From NCBI GenBank assembly GCA_964016885.1, contig OZ024747.1, positions 65,472,001-65,536,000 on the forward strand: 64,000 nt of DNA. Reading direction: 5' to 3'. Of the stretch, positions 55,508 to 64,000 are shown piece by piece (position 1 is the first letter of the stretch; each line of letters starts with the position of its first letter). Position numbers and translations under genes: made by a program. This stretch comes from Eledone cirrhosa (taxonomy: Eukaryota). Under the pieces are notes generated by a model that did no database searches, was not told the origin of the DNA, and saw only the letters and a program-made list of their open reading frames with translations.

Positions 55508-58474
55508 TAATTATAATGAATAATTATTCATGTTCTGTGATTTTACATTTGTACAAATTTTGGATTTTTACCTTATGGATTACACTCTAGATTAATTTAT
55601 TCTAAATATTTACTTTGAGCTTTAAATCTTCTTGACATTTCTCTACTAAGTTGATTCCATATAAAAAAATGGAAGTTAAAGGACCCCACAGCCAGTAATA
55701 AATTTAAAAGCATATTACTTGATGCTTTCGACAGTAAGGAAGAGCAATTAGAGTCGTACAATATAGAGGAACAGTGGGAATTCCTGAAAGCTAACCTGCT
55801 GAAGGTGGCAGATAAAGTTTGTGGCTGGAGCAGGCCTATAGGCAGGAGGAGAGTAACGTGGTGGTGGAATAGTAAGGTGGAGGAGTCAATTAAGGCCAAA
55901 AAGCAGGCTTGGAAAGTATGGTGGGATGGGGGAAGTAGAGAAGACTATCAAGTGGCCAGGAGGGAAGCTAGGAGACAAGTGTACATCGCAAGAAGGGAAG
56001 CAGAGGAAAGAAAGTTCAAGCATGTTCTACAATGCGAGGACCAAAAACGTGAGGTGTTCAGGATTGCTAGGCAATGCGTCAAGGAAAACCGTGATATTGT
56101 CGGGGAGAAGTGTGTCCTTAATGATGATGGTGTACTTGCCATCACTGACGCTGATAAGAAGGTAGCTTGGAAGTGTCACTACGAAAGGCTACTAAATGAG
56201 GAGAATAAATGGGAGAAAGACAGTCTCCCCACATCGATTCAATAAAGAGACCAGCAGTGTGAGTTGAAAGTAGTATAATAAGTAAGGCAATCAAAGATAT
56301 GAAGACGGGTAAGGCGGCCGGGCCTTCGGAAATAGTTGCTGAAATGCTGAAAGCATCTGGAACGGTGGGACACACTATGGTCACCCGGATAGTAAACCAA
56401 GTCATACAGAATGGGGTCGTTCCAAAGGACTGGCGTAGCAACATCATCATTAACTGCTACAAGGGTAAAGGAGATGCTCTTGATAGGGGTAACTAGAGAG
56501 GCATTAAATTAATCGACCAGGTCATGAAGGTCACAGAAAAAGTAATAGCGCAACTAATCAGAGAACGAATTGATCTAGATGAAATGCAGTTCGGGTTAAT
56601 GTCAGGTAAAAGTATCACAGACGCTCTTTTCATTGTATGACAACTACAAGAGAAGTACTTAGCTAAAAGTAAACTCTTATACTTAGCTTTTGTTGACTTG
56701 AAGAAAGCCTTTGACAGAGTCCCCCGCTCCATTATCAGGTGGGCGCTTAGAAAACTAGGTGTAGATGAATGGCTTGTGAGAGCTATACAAGCCATGTATA
56801 AAGAAACAGTCAACAAGGTTAGAATTAACAATGGATATAGTGAAGAGTTTAGCGTAAAAGTTGGTGTTCATCAGGGCTCTGTTCTTAGCCCCCTACTATT
56901 TATTATTGCCCTTCAGGCTATAACAGAGGAGTTCAAGACCGGCTGCCCATGGGAACTCCTATATGCAGATGATCTAATGCTCATAGCTGAACCAATGGCT
57001 GAACTAGAGAAGAAATTCCAAACATGAAAGCATGGCCTAGAATCAAAAAGCCTTAAAGTTAACTTGTCTAAGACTAAAGTTCTAGTTTGTAGGAAGGAAA
57101 ATAGGGCACCGGTCCCATCTGGGAAATGGCCATGCTCAGTGTGTAGGAAAGGAGTAGGCAGAAACTCCATTTTATGTCCCAAATGCAAAGTATGGGTGCA
57201 TAAAAGATGTAGTAGGATCACAGGTAAGCTAACTAAGAATATAGATTTTATATGTGGCCAGTGCTCTGGTGCAATAAGTAGCAGCAAGTGCCCACAAAAT
57301 ACTAGCTCATTCCATTGCACAGATGGTACTATAGAAATAGTGGACACCTTCCGTTACCTGGGTGACAAAATCAGCAGTGGGGGAGGGTGCTCTGAAAGTA
57401 CAGTAGCTAGAGTCAGAACGGGATGGAAAAAGTTCAGAGAGCTTATACCACTATTGGCCGCTAAAGGGTTCTCTCTAAAAATGAAAGGCAGGCTGTATGA
57501 TGCCTGCATACGAACAGCAATGTTACATGGCAGTGAGACCTGGGCATTGTGTGCAGAGGATATACGCAGACTGGAGAGAAACGAAGCTTGCATGCTCCGC
57601 TGGATGTGTAATAGTAATATACGTGAACGGCAAAGCATAAACGAACTAAGGGAGAAATTAGGAATAAGAGGGATCAGATGTTGTTTACTCGAGAGAAGAC
57701 TACATTGGTACGGTCACGTGATGCGCATGAAAGACGACAGCTGTATAAAAAAGTGCAGGGCGATAAAAATAGACGGTAGCCACGGAGTAGGCAGACCCAG
57801 AAAAACCTGGGACGACTTGATAAATTCCGACCTCACACACTTACACCTCTCCAAGACAATGTCACTGGACCGAGATCTTTGGCGCTACACAGTCATACAG
57901 AAGACCCGCCTTGCCTAAGTACAAAGCGAAACCTACAGTCAGTAGCCACCTCTAACAAAATACACCCCCCTGTTCCACTACCCCCACCCCATCCACACCA
58001 CCCCCTTAAATGTGAGGTTATGTTGGTACCACAACATCCAGTCCGAAACAAATGAGGTCGTGTAGGTGTCACGACAAAAAAAAACACACAGTCCACACTG
58101 TAATGTGGCCGTGTACGTAACACGGTAAAAACCTCCCAGTCCACTCTGTAAACGTGGTTGGTGTTAGGAAGGGCATCCAGCCGTAGAAAACCCGCCAGAC
58201 AGTCCTATACGAGCAGGACAACAAATCTTGCCTCAAGTGGGAAACCTCCCATCCAAACCCATGCAAGCGTGGAAGATGGACGTTAAACGATGATGATGAT
58301 GATGATGATATATATATATATATGGAATCAACTTAGTAGAGAAATGTCAAGAAGATTTAAAGCTCAAAGTAAATATTTAGAATAAATTAATCTAGAGTGT
58401 AATCCATAAGGTAAAAATCCAAAATTTGTACAAATGTAAAATCACAGAACATGAATAATTATACATTATAATTA
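55508..58474. repeat. ~156-bp near-perfect inverted repeats (55508-55663, 58319-58474) bracketing the RTE LINE
   Basis: Direct reverse-complement match with about one mismatch. Confidence 0.9.
55664..58308 (+). mobile_element. RTE LINE, 5'-truncated (linker, RT, PHD finger, C-terminus, 3' UTR, (TGA)n tail), with premature stops
   Basis: WWWN, GKAAGP, YKGKGD, MQFG, FVDLKKAFDRVP, GVHQGSVLSPLLF, YADD, FRYLG, WYGHVMR, GRPRKTW. Confidence 0.95.
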
Positions 58475-59754
58475 ATGAATAATTATTAATTATAATTAAT
58501 AATGTGGAAACTTACGTGGTTATGAACAAGACAGACAAGTTTTCTGTAATAAACTATTGGTGTTTGTGGAGTGAACTCTATGGTGATATTATCAGAGGCA
58601 TGAGGAAGCACATAACCACAGGATTTTTTGAGAGAGAACACGCTGTTTTCATTGTCAATTAAGAACTGAAATAAAGAGGAAATATTACATTATAGGAAAT
58701 GAAAAATTTACATGATATATATATAATATCAACATCATCATCAATCAACATTGCTTTCCATATGCATATATGCTAGCAAGGAAATTATATGTTACAGGAT
58801 GATGATGATATATATATATATATATATATACATCTAAAAATGAGAAAACTCATCGCTAGGACAGCCATTAAAACAGATAAATACTGTCAGAAGACAGAGA
58901 CCAGCAGCCAGTGATCAACAGAGAGACAATTCAAACAACACCAAATTTCAGCACGGTGCATATCAATGAATTGAAGCAGTAAGCTTTATTTCATCTTTAT
59001 GTTTTTCTGTTTTTTTCTGTTCAAATTTTAGCTGCCTGATGCGGTCATAGATATTGCATAACGGTTATCACCAAAATATATATAAAAACAATTATGAATA
59101 AACGAAAGTCATTTTAACCTGTTGACTTGTACTTCATATTTATAAGTACAAGCATATATCTTGCTTGAAGCATTATGAAATATGAAAAAGCAGTTAGTTT
59201 TAGGAAGCTGTTACAATGCAAATGGCACTATATATATCGAGATAACAATGCCAGTTAAAGAAAAGAATGGGAAAATTACTTGAGAAATATCTAAGAGTAC
59301 CTTATATTTCAGATAATATATCCACTGATAAAGGAAAATGTTATAAAACTGTCAGAAAGTGACCTATGTGTTCATTGTGTTTGAGTTTGTTGCCTGTGTG
59401 AGACAGACAGAGACAGACAGGCAAACCAAGAAAGAGAGAGAGGGAGAGTCAGAAAGAGAGAGAGACAAATAAAAAGAAATTAATTCTAAAGTTAGATTAT
59501 AAAGAAAGCTTCCTAATTTTTTTGTTGTTGCTATCCATCAAACACTGGTTTCTTTTATCTAATTAACAAGCATGTAGCCTATATATTTAATTAAGATAAT
59601 TATGTGGCTTATATAATTAATTAAGATAATGATTATCCAATATAATGATTATCTTAAAAGGAAGATAGATGAGCATAAATGCTTAAACAAAAATATTCAA
59701 CTCAATTCAATTATCTCTTTTATCACAACTCACTCACATATATGTGTGTGTGTG

Positions 59755-59838
<84 letters not shown>

Positions 59839-60374
59839 ATATGCAAGTATGTAAGAATAGGTATAAATGTCTTCAATACAGACTAATATATTAATAAAGT
59901 GTAATTGTCAAAAGCAATAGAACACTATCACTTGAATCAAAAATTATAAAAATATCAAAATAAACATTGCTTATAAACTGGATCTTCTGCTTTCACACTT
60001 CACATAAAGAATGCCAATGTTGTTGTTAAAATAGTTAACAGACCAGATGCTTGTTCTGAGCATCTCTTTAAGTAGAATTGTTATGATTAATCCACTAACC
60101 CTGATAGAGCTTGAACCTCTAACTATACATTATAGTCAGAACTTCCAACTGAGCCACCCACTGCTACAACAAAAGGATGGCAATGGTCATCTAAAAAACA
60201 CAGTGTAATGAGGCTGTTTGTTTGCAAATGAATCAAATATTATTATTATTTGATATAAAACTCATGAATACATTTACATATCCACTAAGCGAGAGCAAAA
60301 ATTCAAATTTTTGCTCTCGCTTAGTGGGATTTTCCTTTCTTCCAATTTTTATCTCTGCTGTTCACAAAAAGAGT

Positions 60375-60590
60375 TACCAGTTTGAGTGATATAATTCGCT
60401 TTGTATCTGATACAGCCTATACAATATATCAGATTTTCTGTTTTGCAGCTCGATTCTATATTTATTTTTAAAGATTGTCTGTTTTTCAAATTCATCTTGG
60501 AACAAGTTTTCAAAATATTACAGATTTCACTCCTGCATATTTCATACTTACTATCACTACAAGATTTATCAGAAAATTTAGAAGTATTTT
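60375..60590 (-). mobile_element. Degenerate Penelope GIY-YIG endonuclease fragment
   Basis: Manual translation C...IC...SCKTENLIYCIGC...YITQTG; perfect hairpin nearby at 60282-60327. Confidence 0.55.
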
Positions 60591-61323
60591 CTGGTGTAAA
60601 TTTTGTTCTCGTGAGATGGGATAGAAGGCTGTCACATGCTATGGCTGAACCAGTTAGGTGACTAGGTCCTGCTCCTATGCTTTGTTTTGGCTGGGTTTCT
60701 GTGGCTGAATGCCCTTTCTAAAACTCAACTACTTTACAGAATGTACTGGAAGCATTTCATTATAACTCCAGCAGCACTCTTTTACAAGTCGGACTAGGTG
60801 CTTTTCATTGTGGCACCAGTCCTACTTCATTTTAGCATTAAAGTATTCAGTCTATTTGGTCTTGCTAGGGAAGAATTGGTAGGGTTTTGGGCTGAGGTAC
60901 AGACATTGCACTGCTGGAGTGTGTGTGTGTGGGGGGGGTCATAACTATGGTCTTATGAGATGGTTTTTGAAGCTCTTTCTCAATCGATCTTTTATTTTTG
61001 CACTTTAAAACAGGATAGGCAGGTTTGCTTTAATGGTGGTAAATATGTTTGGTAATCCTAAATCATAAGTGTTGACAAACACAATAATATCTTCCCCAAC
61101 TTGATCTAGAACTATGGTAAAATTTAACTTGATGAACTTAAAGTAATTCTTCAACAAAAATATCTGTTGAATTTAAATAGACAATTGGATTGTAAAGGTG
61201 AACAAACTGGATATATCAAAACAATAACATTACAATATTACAATATCATATTTTCCTTTTATTTTTTTCCCCACAACAATATGATTCCATACAAGTGATT
61301 AAATAATCAGTGTTGTACTGTTA

Positions 61324-61414
<91 letters not shown>

Positions 61415-61661
61415 ATAAAGAGGGAGAGATGAAGATGTGGATATGAAGATAAAGACCATATACATACATATATACAAATATACATACATACAAACATACA
61501 TATATACAAATATACATACAAACATACATATATATGAACACACACACACACACACACGCACACACACACATGCAAACACACATATATATACATATGCTTC
61601 ACACACACACATATATACATGTGTGTTTGTGAGAAGCAATAAAGATAACACCACCACCACC

Positions 61662-61692
<31 letters not shown>

Positions 61693-61801
61693 CAACAATA
61701 CAGAAATATAACATCAGTTTTCAAGAAGACTATCAAATATCCATTTATCAGAATTTACATGGAAATTAGAAATTGAGAAAAAACATCTTGCTGATAAAGG
61801 A

Positions 61802-61832
<31 letters not shown>

Positions 61833-62357
61833 TGTACATACGTGGTTTGGTTCTGTCATTATCCCCATTTCAAGTTTATTTCCTATGCTTTTGTGGGCAA
61901 GTCGGGTTATTATACTGAAGCTAATCAGGCAAGTCAGACTCTTACCACAACATACCTCTAGACAAACACACCTCACCACCACATACTTCCAGACAAATGC
62001 ACCACCACACTGTCACTTCATCTCACCTCACCTCCAGATAAACACACCACCACCACACCTCACCTCACCATACATCTTGACAAAGAGATCACAGCACCAC
62101 CCCTTTAGACAAACACACCACCGCACTATACCTATTTGGCAGAGGATTGGTGTTTTAGATCTTTCTCTTTGCAGTAGAAAGGTGGTAAGGTTTGGCTGAG
62201 TGAACCAACTGGTTGGATGCTTTAAACTGTATGAAGAGTTTATATATCAAAGGAATAAGCTGATATTTTTTAAGTTTGCTACCGAAAACCAATGTTTATC
62301 ATTCTCTGATAAAAGACAGATAAAAATTCCCATTTTGATCTCTCTCTCTCTGTCTCT

Positions 62358-62426
<69 letters not shown>

Positions 62427-62647
62427 TAGCAGTAGTACCCAACATTGAATGCTGAATGTGAAGAAAGAGAATTATTTTTGTTGTTGTTAAACTTAAATGA
62501 CTTAAAGTACTTTACACACAACCATTCACATACACACACACTCATGCTAGTGTGGAAAAATGGACATTAAACAGTGATGATGATGATATATCTATCTATA
62601 TATATATATATATCTATATATATATATATATATAAATATATATATAT

Positions 62648-62862
62648 AACAATGTTGTCTCTCATCAAGACGAAGTGAGAGTGTATTTTGATTGAATTCA
62701 TATAAAAATGTGAAAATTCATCGCTAGAACAGCCATTAAAACAGCTAAATGCCGTCAAAGACAATGTTCAGCAAAAATGCCTTAAAGGACAGAGACCAGC
62801 AGCCAGTGGTCAACAGAGAGACAATCCACAAGGCAGTTTGTCTCGATCTGAGACAACATTGT
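62648..62862. mobile_element. Short repeat with inverted ends; internal part recurs at ~58840-58930
   Basis: aacaatgttgtctc / gagacaacattgtt ends; catcgctag(a/g)acagccattaaaacag shared with the 58840 copy. Confidence 0.55.
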
Positions 62863-63836
62863 TTTAACTTTTCATAGCTATGATTAGCTTTCTATTTATG
62901 GCAGACACCACACCTTAAAGTCCATATAAAGTGGTTGATATTCAAACAGACAATTTATGGTAAAGAGGACTCTTTTGTCTCGTAAAGGACACGACAACCT
63001 CTCTAGTACTAGAGTCATTATAAAATGTTCCCAGTACACACTGTAAAGTGTTAGGAATGTCATCCAGCCATAGAGATTCTGCCAAAACAGGAACATACAA
63101 AATAGATGTGGTTCTCTCAAACCATTTAGGATGGCAGTAACTCCAAATAAAAACTGACTGGGACCATGACAATCCCTCCAACCCATGCTAACATGAAATG
63201 CAGATATAAAAATGATAAAAAGACAATGGTGATGAATTGGCAGTATCAGTAAAGCATCAGACAATATGCTTTACAGCATTGAGTTATGGATCTTTATGTT
63301 CTGATTTCAAATACCACCAAGGTTAGCTTTGCCTTTCATCATTATAGGGTCAATAAAATAAATCACCAGTTATGCCTTGGGCTCAATTTAATTGACTTTC
63401 CTCTCCTCCAAAATTGGTAACTATGTGCCTAAACCAAAAACCATTATGGAGAGACATTATACTGCATTTAATAAACTCCACTTAACCCTTTTGATACCAA
63501 CCTGCCTGAAACCTCCACTGGTTATGTGGTAGTGGTACAAAACTTTCAACTTTAACATATTTATAACCTTCAAACACAATTTTATATCAGAACTATTTAT
63601 CGGCTTACTAATAAAAAAATTATTTATTTTACGAAATTACGCCAAATTTAAGATTATTTTCAATATTATTTGAAAATCATAGATTATGTCTTTCATTAGA
63701 AATAGGACAACAAAAGAGTTAAACAACAGTGAAAATAACAGCCCTTCTCCAATAATTATTATATGTACAACATTGAAACCAGAACTACATGCTTGTGAGG
63801 CAAACCTTAACCACACAGTCAAACCTTTGCAATTAA

Positions 63837-64000
63837 CCCTTTTGATACTAAACCATCTGAAACTGCTCATGATTCTACGAATGTTTCATATTTATTTTTA
63901 AAAACCCTTTCATCATAATTATATAAGAAAACGTTTGTTAAGTTATGTTCCAAGCCAACTTAGTAATGTGAAAATTAATTATTTTACTTAATTTTTCCAA
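63837..64000. mobile_element. piggyBac-like MITE end running off the window; another starts at 63486
   Basis: TTAA-cccttttgatac terminus as in 33701-33951. Confidence 0.5.

Overview
AT-rich, microsatellite-dense eukaryotic DNA. The (AT)n/(CA)n/(ATG)n load and the repeat families resemble an octopod cephalopod genome (inference, not proven). Most ORF-track entries are translated microsatellites. The window appears to be largely intronic: five small, phase-compatible minus-strand exons (31360-31488, 28295-28363, 26212-26289, 8563-8643, 2056-2110) splice into one open frame of an unidentified protein. The rest is transposable elements: a full-length IR/DR Tc1 with a broken DD34E transposase, several RTE LINE families (one carrying a PHD finger inside the RT), R4/Dong-type RLE LINEs nested in (CATA)n, CR1 ends, tRNA-derived SINEs, hAT and piggyBac-like MITEs, a Naiad-type Penelope element and a ~41-copy 60-bp minisatellite. 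The most notable signal is a series of short fold-back elements, mostly next to (TA)n tracts, that carry hammerhead-ribozyme motifs from several distinct sequence families. One has a ~100-nt stem II, and in most cases the inverted arm overlaps the ribozyme. All structures were folded by eye and element boundaries are approximate.
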